64,000 nucleotides of DNA from the human T2T-CHM13v2.0 reference genome, Homo sapiens. The stretch spans positions 54,112,001 to 54,176,000 of the forward strand of contig CP086569.2 in assembly GCA_009914755.4 (NCBI GenBank). The letters run 5' to 3'. Below are positions 13,207-27,382 of the stretch, one piece after another (positions within the stretch are counted from its first letter, which is position 1; the number at the start of each line of letters is the position of its first letter). The notes under the pieces were generated by a model, which saw only the letters and a program-made list of their open reading frames with translations, did no database searches and was not told the DNA's origin. The position numbers were made by a program, and so were the translations under genes.

Positions 13207-16200
13207 GGCCTGGAATAAAGTGGAATGCTAGGGTCTCGAATGGAATAAAAATGTATGGAATGGAATGCAATGAAATGGAATCGAATGTCATAGAATGTAA
13301 TGGAATGCAAAAAAATGGAATCCAAAATCATTGACTGGAAAGGCTGGGTGTCGAAAGGAATTGACTCCAATGGAATGGAATCGAATGGAATGGAAGTGAA
13401 TAGAATCGAACTAAATCGAATGGAATGGAATTGATAGGAACGGAATGGAAAGGAATGCAATGATTTGGCATGGAATGGAATCGAATGGCATCGAATGGAA
13501 TGGAATGGAATGCAATGGAATGGAATGTATTAGAATGTAATGAACTTTAATGGAATGTACTCGAATGGATTCGACTGGAATGGAATGTTCTGGAAGTGAA
13601 TGGACTCCAATGGAATGGATTCAAAAGGAATGGAATCGTACGGAATGGAATCTAATGGAATGGAATTAAATGGAAATGAATCAAATTGAATAGCACGGAA
13701 TTGAATTGAATGGAATGGAATGCAATGGAATCTAATGAAACGGAAAGGAAAGGAATGGAATGGAATGGAATGGGCTGGAATGGAAAGGAATCGAAACGAA
13801 TGGAATGGAATCGAACTGAAGAGACTGGAATGGAATGCACTGGAATGGAAGGGAGTGTAATGGAAGGTTCTCGAAAAAAATGGAATGGAATGGAATGGAA
13901 CTGAATGGAACGGAATAGAGTCGAATGGAATTGAATGGAATGGAATGGACTAGAGTGAAATGGAATCGAACCACAAGGAATGGACAGGAATAGAATGGTC
14001 TCGAATTGAATGGAATCGTATGGAATGGCATCAAACGGAATGGAATGGACAGCCACGGAATGGAATGCACTCGAATGCAATGGAGTCGAAACTAATGGAC
14101 TGGAATAGAATGGACTCGACTGGTACGGACTCCAATGGAATGGAATCGAATGGAAGGGAATCGAACGGAATGGACTCGAAGGGAAAAGACTGCAATGGAA
14201 AGGTCTCGAATGGAATGGAAATTAATGGAATGGAATGGAATCGAATGAAATGGAGTCAAAAGGAATGGAATCGAATGGCAAGAAATCGAATGTAATGGAA
14301 TCGCAAGGAATTGATGTGAACGGAACGGAATGGAATGGAATCCAAAGGAATGGAATAGAATGGAATGGAATCGAATGGAAAGGACTCGAATGGAAATCAC
14401 TCGAATAGAATGCAATTTAATAAAATAGGATCAAATGTAATGGAATGGAATGGAAAGGAATCGAAACGAAAGGAATGGAGACAGATGGAATGGAATGGAA
14501 CAGAGAACAATGGTATAGAATGGAATGGAATCATCTGGAATGGAATTGAATGGAATGGAATAATATGAAATGGAATGGAATGGAATGGAATGGAATGCCC
14601 TTGAATTAAATGGACTGGAATGGAATGGACTCGAACAGAGTGGAATGGAAAGTGTTGAGATAGAATGGAATGGACTCCTTTGGAATGGTCTAGTATGCAA
14701 TGCAATCGACTGGCAGGGAATCAAAAGGAATGTAATGGAATGGATTGGACTGGAATGCAATGGACTCGAATAGATTGGAAACGGAATGCAAAGGAATGGA
14801 ATGGAATAGTATGGAATGGAATGGAAAGGAATGGAGTGGAATAGACTAGAGTGGAATGGAATGGACTGGAAAGCAATGGACTGGAATGGAACTTTATTGA
14901 ATGGACTGGAATCAAACGGAATGGAATGCAATGCAATCAAATGGCATGGAATAAAATAGAATGAAAGAGAATCAAATGGAATTGAATCGAATGGAATCGA
15001 ATGGATTGGAAAGGAATAGAATGGAATGGAATGGAATTGACTCAAATGGAATGGACTAGAATGGAATGGATTCGAATGGAAGGCAAAGGAATGGAATCTA
15101 TTGGAATGGACTGTAATGGAATGGAATGGAAGGGATTGGAATGGACTCGAATGGAATGGACTGCAATAGAAAGGATTCGAATGGAATGAAAAAGAATTGA
15201 ATGGAGTAGAACAGAATGGAATCAAATCGAATGAAATGGAATGGAATAGAAAGGAATGGAATGAAATGGAATGGAAAGGATTCGAATGGAATGCAATCGA
15301 ATGGAATGGAATCGAACGGAATGGAATAAAATGGAAGAAAACTGGCAAGAAATGGAATCGAAATGAATGGAGTGTTATGGAACGGACTCAAAAGGAATTG
15401 AATGTAATAGAATGGAGTGGAGTGGACTCGAATATAATGGACTGGAATGGAATGAAATCACATGGAATGGGAACGAATGGAATGGAATGGAAAGGAATGG
15501 AATCGAATGGAAAGGAATCGAATGGAAGGGAATGAAATTAAATCAACAGGAATGGAAGGGAATAGAATAGACGGTAATGGAATGGACTCGAATAGAATGG
15601 ACACGAATGCTCAAATTGAATGGACTCGAATGGAATGGAAACGAAAGGAATGTCATCGAATGGAATTGAATCGATTGGAATGAAATCGCATAGAATGGAG
15701 TGGAATCAAATGGAATTGAATCGAAAGGAAAGGAAGCGAATGGACTGAAATGAAATGGAATGGAATTGAATGGAAAGTAATGCAATGGAATAGAATGGAA
15801 CGAAATTTCACGGAATGGAATCAAACTGAATGGAATCAAATCAATGGAATCTAATCAAATGGAATGGAAAGGAATTGAATGGAGTAGATTGGATTGGATG
15901 GGATTGGAATGAAATGTACTGGAAAGGACTCGAATTTCATGAAACGGAATGGAATGAATTGGAACGGAATGGACTCGAATGGAATGGAATGTCATGGAAT
16001 GGCATCAAATGGAATGGCATCAAATGGAATGGAATCGAATGCAATGGAATGCTATGGAATGGAATGGAATGCATTGGAATGGAATGTCCTCTAATGGAAT
16101 GGATTCGAGTGGAATGGAATCGAATATAATGGAGTCTAATGAAATGGAATTGAAAGGAATGGGATCGAATAGAATGGAATATACTGAAATGTAATGTAAT

Positions 16201-16770
16201 GAACTCGAATGTAATTGACTGGAATGGAATGTACATGAATGGAATGTAATCGAATGGAAAGTAATCCAATGGAATAGAATCTAATGCAATAAAACCGACT
16301 CAGATAGAGTAGAATGTAATGGAATGGAGTGCAGTGCAATGGAATGGAATGGAATTGAATGCAATGGAATGGAATGGAATGGAATGGAATGGAATGGAAT
16401 GGAATGGGATGGAATGGTATGGAATGGATAGTAATGGACTGGAGTGAAATGGACTGGAAAGGAATGGACTCAAATTGAAAGGGCTCGAAAGGAATGGAGT
16501 CAAATGGAATGGTCTGGAATGGAATGAACACGAATGTAATGCAATCCAATAGAATGGAAACGAATGGCATGGAATATAAAGAAATGGAATCGAAGAGAAT
16601 GGAAACAAATGGAATGGAATTGAATGGAATGGAATTGAATGGAATGGGAAGGAATGGAGTGAAATTGTATGCAGTAGAAGGGAATAGAATGGAATGCAAG
16701 CGAAAGGAAAGGAATGGATTGGAATGGAATGGAATTCATTGGAATGGAAGGGAATGTAGTGTAATGGACA
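13207..16770 (+). repeat. HOR unit U4, 3564 bp
   Basis: GGCC at 13207 and 16771. Confidence 0.85.
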
Positions 16771-19700
16771 GGCCTGGAATAAAGTGGAATGCTACGGTCT
16801 CGAATGGAATAAAAATGTATGGAATGGAATGCAATGAATCGGAATCGAATGTCATAGAATGTAATGGAATGCAACAAAATGGAATCCAAAATCATTGACT
16901 GGAAAGGCTGGGTGTCGAAAGGAATTGACTCCAATGGAATGGAATCGAATGGAATGGAAGTGAATAGAATCGAACTAAATCGAACGGAATGGAATTGACA
17001 GGAACGGAATGGAAAGGAATGCAATGATTTGGCATGGAATGGAATCGAATGGCATCGAATGGAATGGAATGGAATGCAATGGAATGGAATGTATTAGAAT
17101 GTAATGAACTTTAATGGAATGTACTCGAATGGATTCGACTGGAATGGAATGTTCTGGAAGTGAATGGACTCCAATGGAATGGATTCAAAAGGAATGGAAT
17201 CGTACGGAATGGAATCTAATGGAATGGAATTAAATGGAAATGAATCAAATTGAATAGCACGGAATTGAATTGAATGGAATCGAATGCAATGGAATCTAAT
17301 GAAACGGAAAGGAAAGGAATGCAATGGAATGGAATGGGCTGGAATGGAAAGGAATCGAAACGAATGGAATGGAATCGAACTGAAGAGACTGGAATGGAAT
17401 GCACTGGAATGGAAGGGAGTGTAATGGAAGGTTCTCGAAAAAAATGGAATCGAATGGAATGGAATTGAATGGAACGGAATAGAGTCGAATGGAATTGAAT
17501 GGAATGGAATGGACTAGAGTGAAATGGAATCGAACCACAAGGAATGGACAGGAATAGAATGGTCTCGAATTGAATGGAATCGTATGGAATGGCATCAAAC
17601 GGAATGGAATGGACAGCCACGGAATGGAATGCACTCGAATGCAATGGAGTCGAAACTAATGGACTGGAATAGAATGGACTCGACTGGTACGGACTCCAAT
17701 GGAAGGGAATCGAATGGAAGGGAATCGAACGGAATGGACTTGAAGGGAAAAGACTGCAATGGAAAGGTCTCGAATGGAATGGAAATTAATGGAATGGAAT
17801 GGAATCGAATGAAATGGAGTCAAAAGGAATGGAATCGAATGGCAAGAAATCGAATGTAATGGAATCGCAAGGAATTGATGTGAACGGAACGGAATGGAAT
17901 GGAATCCAAAGGAATGGAATAGAATGGAATGGAATCGAATGGAAAGGACTCGAATGGAAATCACTCGAATAGAATGCAATTTAATAAAATAGGATCAAAT
18001 GAAATGGAATGGAATGGAAAGGAATCGAAACGAAAGGAATGGAGACAGATTTAATGGAATAGAACAGAGAGCAATGGTATAGAATGGAATGGAATCATCT
18101 GGAATGGAATTGAATGGAATGGAATAATATGAAATGGAATGGAATGGAATGGAATGGAATGCCCTTGAATTAAATGGACTGGAATGGAATGGACTCGAAC
18201 AGAGTGGAATGGAAAGTGTTGAGATAGAATGGAATGGACTCGTTTGGAATGGTCTAGTATGCAATGCAATCGACTGGCAGGGAATCAAAAGGAATGTAAT
18301 CGAATGGATTGGACTGGAATGCAATGGACTCGAATAGATTGCAAACGGAATGCAAAGGAATGGAATGGAATAGTATGGAATGGAATGGAAAGGAATGGAG
18401 TGGAATAGACTAGAGTGGAATGGAATGGACTGGAAAGCAATGGACTGGAATGGAACTTTCTTGAATGGACTGGAATCAAACGGAATGGAATGCAATGCAA
18501 TCAAATGGCATGGAATAAAATAGAATGAAAGAGAATCAAATGGAATTGAATCGAATGGAATCGAATGGATTGGAAAGGAATGGAATGGAATGGAATGGAA
18601 TGGACTAGAATGGAATGGATTCGAATGGAAGGCAAAGGAATGGAATCTATTGGAATGGACTGTAATGGAATGGAATGGAAGGGATTGGAATGGACTCGAA
18701 TGGAATGGACTGCAATAGAAAGGATTCGAATGGAATGAAAAAGAATTGAATGGAATAGAACAGAATGGAATCAAATCGAATGAAATGGAATGGAATAGAA
18801 AGGAATGGAATGAAATGGAATGGAAAGGATTCGAATGGAATGCAATCGAATGGAATGGAATCGAACGGAATGGAATAAAATGGAAGAAAACTGGCAAGAA
18901 ATGGAATCGAAATGAATGGAGTGTTATGGAACGGACTCAAAAGGAATTGAATGTAATAGAATGGAGTGGAGTGGACTCGAATATAATGGACTGGAATGGA
19001 ATGAAATCACATGGAATGGGAACGAATAGAATGGAATGGAAAGGAATGGAATCGAATGGAAAGGAATCGAATGGAAGGGAATGAAATTGAATCAACAGGA
19101 ATGGAAGGGAATAGAATAGACGGTAATGGAATGGACTCGAATAGAATGGACACGAATGCTCAAATTGAATGGACTCGAATGGAATGGAAACGAAAGGAAT
19201 GTCATCGAATGGAATTGAATCGATTGGAATGAAATCGCATAGAATGGAGTGGAATCAAATGGAATTGAATCGAAAGGAAAGGAAGCGAATGGACTGAAAT
19301 GAAATGGAATGGAATTGAATGGAAAGTAATGCAATGGAATAGAATGGAACGAAATTTCACGGAATGGAATCAAACTGAATGGAATCAAATCAATGGAATC
19401 CAATCAAATGGAATGGAGTAGATTGGATTGGATGGGATTAGAATGAAATGTACTGGAAAGGACTCGAATTTCATGAAACGGAATGGAATGAATTGGAACG
19501 GAATGGACTCGAATGGAATGGAATGTCATAGAATGGCATCAAATGGAATGGCATCAAATGGAATGGAATCGAATGCAATGGAATGCTATGGAATGGAATG
19601 GAATGCATTGGAATGGAATGTCCTCTAATGGAATGGATTCGAGTGGAATGGAATCGAATATAATGGAGTCGAATGAAATGGAATTGAAAGGAATGGGATC

Positions 19701-20284
19701 GAATACAATGGAATATACTGGAATGTAATGTAATGAACTCGAATGTAATTGACTGGAATGGAATGTACATGAATGGAATGTAATCGAATGGAAAGTAATC
19801 CAATGGAATAGAATCTAATGCAATAAAATCGACTCAGATAGAGTAGAATGTAATGGAATGGAGTGCAGTGCAATGGAATGGAATCGAATGGAATGCAATG
19901 GAATGGAATGGAATGGAATGGGATGGAATGGTATGGAATGGATGGTAATGGACTGGAGTGAAATGGACTGGAAAGGAATGGACTCAAATTGAAAGGGCTG
20001 GAAAGGAATGGAGTCAAATGGAATGGTCTGGAATGGAATGAACACGAAAGTAATGCAATCCAATAGAATGGAATCGAATGGCATGGAATATAATGAAATG
20101 GAATCGAAGAGAATGGAAACAAATGGAATGGAATTGAATGGAATGGAATTGAATGGAATGGGAACGAATGGAGTGAAATTGTATGCAGTAGAAGGGAATA
20201 GAATGGAATGCAAGCGAAAGGAAAGGAATGGATTGGAATGGAATGGAATTCATTGGAATGGAAGGGAATGTAGTGTAATGGACA
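16771..20284 (+). repeat. HOR unit U5, 3514 bp
   Basis: GGCC at 16771 and 20285. Short unit: it has the 15-bp deletion at about 19400 (ccaatcaaatggaatggagtag) and a shorter GGAAT tract. Confidence 0.85.
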
Positions 20285-23200
20285 GGCCTGGAATAAAGTG
20301 GAATGCTACGGTCTCGAATGGAATAAAAATGTATGGAATGGAATGCAATGAAACGGAATCGAATGTCATAGAATGTAATGGAATGCAAAAAAATGGAATC
20401 CAAAATCATTGACTGGAAAGGCTGGGTGTCGAAAGGAATTGACTCCAATGGAATGGAATCGAATGGAATGGAAGTGAATAGAATCGAACTAAATCGAATG
20501 GAATGGAATTGATAGGAACGGAATGGAAAGGAATGCAATGATTTGGCACGGAATGGAATCGAATGGCATCGAACGGAATGGAATGGAATGCAATTGAATG
20601 GAACGTATTAGAATGTAATGAGCTTTAATGGAATGTACTCGAATGGATTCGACTGGAATGAAATGTTCTGGAAGTGAATGGACTCCAATGGAATGGATTC
20701 AAAAGGAATGGAATCGTACGGAATGGAATCTAATGGAATGGAATTAAATGGAAATGAATCAAATTGAATAGCATGGAATTGAATTGAATGGAATCGAATG
20801 CAATGGAATCTAATGAAACGGAAAGGAAAGTAATGGAATGGAATGGAATGGGCTGGAATGGAAAGGAATCGAAACGAATGGAATGGAATCGAACTGACGA
20901 GACTGGAATGGAATGCACTGGAATGGAAGGGAGTGTAATGGAAGGTTCTCGAAAAAAATGGAATCGAATGGAATGGAATTGAATGGAACGGAATAGAGTC
21001 GAATGGAATTGAATGGAATGGAATGGACTAGAGTGAAATGGAATCGAACCACAAGGAATGGACAGGAATAGAATGGTCTCGAATTGAATGGAATCGTATG
21101 GAATGGCATCAAACGGAATGGAATGGACAGCCACGGAATGGAATGCACTCGAATGCAATGGAGTCGAAACTAATGGACTGGAATAGAATGGATTCGACTG
21201 GTACGGACTCCAATGGAATGGAATCGAATGGAAGGGAATCGAACGGAATGGACTCGAAGGGAAAAGACTGCAATGGAAAGGTCTCGAATGGAATGGAAAT
21301 TAATGGAATGGAATGGAATCGAATGAAATGGAGTCAAAAGGAATGGAATCGAATGGCAAGAAATCGAATGTAATGGAATCGCCAGGAATTGATGTGAACG
21401 GAACTGAATGGAATGGAATCCAAAGGAATGGAATAGAATGGAATGGAATCGAATGGAAAGGACTCGAATGGAAATCACTCGAATAGAATGCAATTTAATA
21501 AAATAGGATCAAATGTAATGGAATGGAATGGAAAGGAATCGAAACGAAAGGAATGGAGACAGATGGAATGGAATGGAACAGAGAGCAATGGTATAGAATG
21601 GAATGGAATCATCTGGAATGGAATTGAATGGAATGGAATAATATGAAATGGAATGGAATGGAATGGAATGGAATGCCCTTGAATTAAATGGACTGGAATG
21701 GAATGGACTCGAACAGAGTGGAATGGAAAGTGTTGAGATAGAATGGAATGGACTCGTTTGGAATGGTCTAGTATGCAATGCAATCGACTGGCAGGGAATC
21801 AAAAGGAATGTAATCGAATGGATTGGACTGGAATGCAATGGACTCGAATAGATTGCAAACGGAATGCAAAGGAATGGAATGGAATAGTATGGAATGGAAT
21901 GGAAAGGAATGGAGTGGAATAGACTAGAGTGGAATGGAATGGACTGGAAAGCAATGGACTGGAATGGAACTTTCTTGAATGGACTGGAATCAAACGGAAT
22001 GGAATGCAATGCAATCAAATGGCATGGAATAAAATAGAATGAAAGAGAATCAAATGGAATTGAATCGAATGGAATCGAATGGATTGGAAAGGAATAGAAT
22101 GGAATGGAATGGAATGGACTAGAATGGAATGGATTCGAATGGAAGGCAAAGGAATGGAATCTATTGGAATGGACTGTAATGGAATGGAATGGAAGGGATT
22201 GGAATGGACTCGAATGGAATGGACTGCAATAGAAAGGATTCGAATGGAATGAAAAAGAATTGAATGGAATAGAACAGAATGGAATCAAATCGAATGAAAT
22301 GGAATGGAATAGAAAGGAATGGAATGAAATGGAATGGAAAGGATTCGAATGGAATGCAATCGAATGGAATGGAATCGAACGGAATGGAATAAAATGGAAG
22401 AAAACTGGCAAGAAATGGAATCGAAATGAATGGAGTGTTATGGAACGGACTCAAAAGGAATTGAATGTAATAGAATGGAGTGGAGTGGACTCGAATATAA
22501 TGGACTGGAATGGAATGAAATCACATGGAATGGGAACGAATAGAATGGAATGGAAAGGAATGGAATCGAATGGAAAGGAATCGAATGGAAGGGAATGAAA
22601 TTGAATCAACAGGAATGGAAGGGAATAGAATAGACGGTAATGGAATGGACTCGAATAGAATGGACACGAATGCTCAAATTGAATGGACTCGAATGGAATG
22701 GAAACGAAAGGAATGTCATCGAATGGAATTGAATCGATTGGAATGAAATCGCATAGAATGGAGTGGAATCAAATGGAATTGAATCGAAAGGAAAGGAAGC
22801 GAATGGACTGAAATGAAATGGAATGGAATTGAATGGAAAGTAATGCAATGGAATAGAATGGAACGAAATTTCACGGAATGGAATCAAACTGAATGGAATC
22901 AAATCAATGGAATCCAATCAAATGGAATGGAGTAGATTGGATTGGATGGGATTGGAATGAAATGTACTGGAAAGGACTCGAATTTCATGAAACGGAATGG
23001 AATGAATTGGAACGGAATGGACTCGAATGGAATGGAATGTCATAGAATGGCATCAAATGGAATGGCATCAAATGGAATGGAATCGAATGCAATGGAATGC
23101 TATGGAATGGAATGGAATGCATTGGAATGGAATGTCCTCTAATGGAATGGATTCGAGTGGAATGGAATCGAATATAATGGAGTCGAATGAAATGGAATTG

Positions 23201-23813
23201 AAAGGAATGGGATCGAATACAATGGAATATACTGGAATGTAATGTAATGAACTCGAATGTAATTGACTGGAATGGAATGTACATGAATGGAATGTAATCG
23301 AATGGAAAGTAATCCAATGGAATAGAATCTAATGCAATAAAATCGACACAGATAGAGTAGAATGTAATGGAATGGAGTGCAGTGCAATGGAATGGAATCG
23401 AATGGAATGCAATGGAATGGAATGGAATGGAATGGAATGGAATGGAATGGGATGGAATGGTATGGAATGGATGGTAATGGACTGGAGTGAAATGGACTGC
23501 AAAGGAATGGACTCAAATTGAAAGGGCTGGAAAGGAATGGAGTCAAATGGAATGGTCTGGAATGGAATGAACACGAAAGTAATGCAATCCAATAGAATGG
23601 AATCGAATGGCATGGAATATAATGAAATGGAATCGAAGAGAATGGAAACAAATGGAATGGAATTGAATGGAATGGAATTGAATGGAATGGGAACGAATGG
23701 AGTGAAATTGTATGCAGTAGAAGGGAATAGAATGGAATGCAAGCGAAAGGAAAGGAATGGATTGGAATGGAATGGAATTCATTGGAATGGAAGGGAATGT
23801 AGTGTAATGGACA
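20285..23813 (+). repeat. HOR unit U6, 3529 bp
   Basis: GGCC at 20285 and 23814. Shares private variants with U5 and U7 (see findings). Confidence 0.85.
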
Positions 23814-26800
23814 GGCCTGGAATAAAGTGGAATGCTACGGTCTCGAATGGAATAAAAATGTATGGAATGGAATGCAATGAAACGGAATCGAATGTCATAG
23901 AATGTAATGGAATGCAAAAAAATGGAATCCAAAATCATTGACTGGAAAGGCTGGGTGTCGAAAGGAATTGACTCCAATGGAATGGAATCGAATGGAATGG
24001 AAGTGAATAGAATCGAACTAAATCGAATGGAATGGAATTGATAGGAACGGAATGGAAAGGAATGCAATGATTTGGCACGGAATGGAATCGAATGGCATCG
24101 AACGGAATGGAATGGAATGCAATTGAATGGAACGTATTAGAATGTAATGAGCTTTAATGGAATGTACTCGAATGGATTCGACTGGAATGGAATGTTCTGG
24201 AAGTGAATGGACTCCAATGGAATGGATTCAAAAGGAATGGAATCGTACGGAATGGAATCTAATGGAATGGAATTAAATGGAAATGAATCAAATTGAATAG
24301 CATGGAATTGAATTGAATGGAATCGAATGCAATGGAATCTAATGAAACGGAAAGGAAAGTAATGGAATGGAATGGAATGGGCTGGAATGGAAAGGAATCG
24401 AAACGAATGGAATGGAATCGAACTGACGAGACTGGAATGGAATACACTGGAATGGAAGGGAGTGTAATGGAAGGTCCTCGAAAAAAATGGAATCGAATGG
24501 AATGGAATTGAATGGAACGGAATAGAGTCGAATGGAATTGAATGGAATGGAATGGACTAGAGTGAAATGGAATCGAACCACAAGGAATGGACAGGAATAG
24601 AATGGTCTCGAATTGAATGGAATCGTATGGAATGGCATCAAACGGAATGGAATGGACAGCCACGGAATGGAATGCACTCGAATGCAATGGAGTCGAAACT
24701 AATGGACTGGAATAGAATGGATTCGACTCGTACGGACTCCAATGGAATGGAATCGAATGGAAGGGAATCGAACGGAATGGACTCGAAGGGAAAAGACTGC
24801 AATGGAAAGGTCTCGAATGGAATGGAAATTAATGGAATGGAATGGAATCGAATGAAATGGAGTCAAAAGGAATGGAATCGAATGGCAAGAAATCGAATGT
24901 AATGGAATCGCCAGGAATTGATGTGAACGGAACTGAATGGAATGGAATCCAAAGGAATGGAATAGAATGGAATGGAATCGAATGGAAAGGACTCGAATGG
25001 AAATCACTCGAATAGAATGCAATTTAATAAAATAGGATCAAATGTAATGGAATGGAATGGAAAGGAATCGAAACGAAAGGAATGGAGACAGATGGAATGG
25101 AATGGAACAGAGAGCAATGGTATAGAATGGAATGGAATCATCTGGAATGGAATTGAATGGAATGGAATAATATGAAATGGAATGGAATGGAATGGAATGG
25201 AATGCCCTTGAATTAAATGGACTGGAATGGAATGGACTCGAACAGAGTGGAATGGAAAGTGTTGAGATAGAATGGAATGGACTCGTTTGGAATGGTCTAG
25301 TATGCAATGCAATCGACTGGCAGGGAATCAAAAGGAATGTAATGGAATGGATTGGACTGGAATGCAATGGACTCGAATAGATTGGAAACGGAATGCAAAG
25401 GAATGGAATGGAATAGTATGGAATGGAATGGAAAGGAATGGAGTGGAATAGACTAGAGTGGAATGGAATGGACTGGAAAGCAATAGACTGGAATGGAACT
25501 TTCTTGAATGGACTGGAATCAAACGGAATGGAATGCAATGCAATCAAATGGCATGGAATAAAATAGAATGAAAGAGAATGAAATGGAATTGAATCGAATG
25601 GAATCGAATGGATTGGAAAGGAATAGAATGGAATGGAATGGAATTGACTCAAATGGAATGGACTAGAATGGAATGGATTCGAATGGAAGGCAAAGGAATG
25701 GAATCTATTGGAATGGACTGTAATGGAATGGAATGGAAGGGATTGGAATGGACTCGAATGGAATGGACTGCAATAGAAAGGATTCGAATGGAATGAAAAA
25801 GAATTGAATGGAATAGAACAGAATGGAATCAAATCGAATGAAATGGAATGGAATAGAAAGGAATGGAATGAAATGGAATGGAAAGGATTCGAATGGAATG
25901 CAATCGAATGGAATGGAATCGAACGGAATGGAATAAAATGGAAGAAAACTGGCAAGAAATGGAATCGAAATGAATGGAGTGTTATGGAACGGACTCAAAA
26001 GGAATTGAACGTAATAGAATGGAGTGGAGTGGACTCGAATATAATGGACTGGAATGGAATGAAATCACATGGAATGGGAACGAATGGAATGGAATGGAAA
26101 GGAATGGAATCGAATGGAAAGGAATCGAATGGAAGGGAATGAAATTGAATCAACAGGAATGGAAGGGAATAGAATAGACGGTAATGGAATGGACTCGAAT
26201 TGAATGGACACGAATGCTCAAATTGAATGGACTCGAATGGAATGGAAACGAAAGGAATGTCATCGAATGGAATTGAATCGATTGGAATGAAATCGCATAG
26301 AATGGAGTGGAATCAAATGGAATTGAATCGAAAGGAAAGGAAGCGAATGGACTGAAATGAAATGGAATGGAATTGAATGGAAAGTAATGCAATGGAATAG
26401 AATGGAACGAAATTTCACGGAATGGAATCAAACTGAATGGAATCAAATCAATGGAATCTAATCAAATGGAATGGAAAGGAATTGAATGGAGTAGATTGGA
26501 TTGGATGGGATTGGAATGAAATGTACTGGAAAGGACTCGAATTTCATGAAACGGAATGGAATGAATTGGAACGGAATGGACTCGAATGGAATGGAATGTC
26601 ATGGAATGGCATCAAATGGAATGGCATCAAATGGAATGGAATCGAATGCAATGGAATGCTATGGAATGGAATGGAATGCATTGGAATGGAATGTCCTCTA
26701 ATGGAATGGATTCGAGTGGAATGGAATCGAATATAATGGAGTCGAATGAAATGGAATTGAAAAGAATGGGATCGAATACAATGGAATATACTGGAATGTA

Positions 26801-27382
26801 ATGTAATGAACTCGAATGTAATTGACTGGAATGGAATGTACATGAATGGAATGTAATCGAATGGAAAGTAATCCAATGGAATAGAATCTAATGCAATAAA
26901 ATCGACTCAGATAGAGTAGAATGTAATGGAATGGAGTGCAGTGCCATGGAATGGAATGGAATGGAATGCAATGGAATGGAATGGAATGCAATGGAATGGA
27001 ATGGAATGGAATGGAATGGGATGGAATGGTGTGGAATGGATAGTAATGGACTGGAGTGAAATGGACTGGAAAGGAATGGACTCAAATTGAAAGGGCTCGA
27101 AAGGAATGGAGTCAAATGGAATGGTCTGGAATGGAATGAACACGAATGTAATGCAATCCAATAGAATGGAATCGAATGGCATGGAATATAAAGAAATGGA
27201 ATCGAAGAGAATGGAAAAAAATGGAATGGAATTGAATGGAATGGAATTGAATGGAATGGGAACGAATGGAGTGAAATTTTATGCAGTAGAAAGGAATAGA
27301 ATGGAATGCAAGCGAAAGGAAAGGAATGGATTGGAATGGAATGGAATTCATTGGAATGGAAGGGAATGTAGTGTAATGGACA
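23814..27382 (+). repeat. HOR unit U7, 3569 bp
   Basis: GGCC at 23814 and 27383. Confidence 0.85.
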
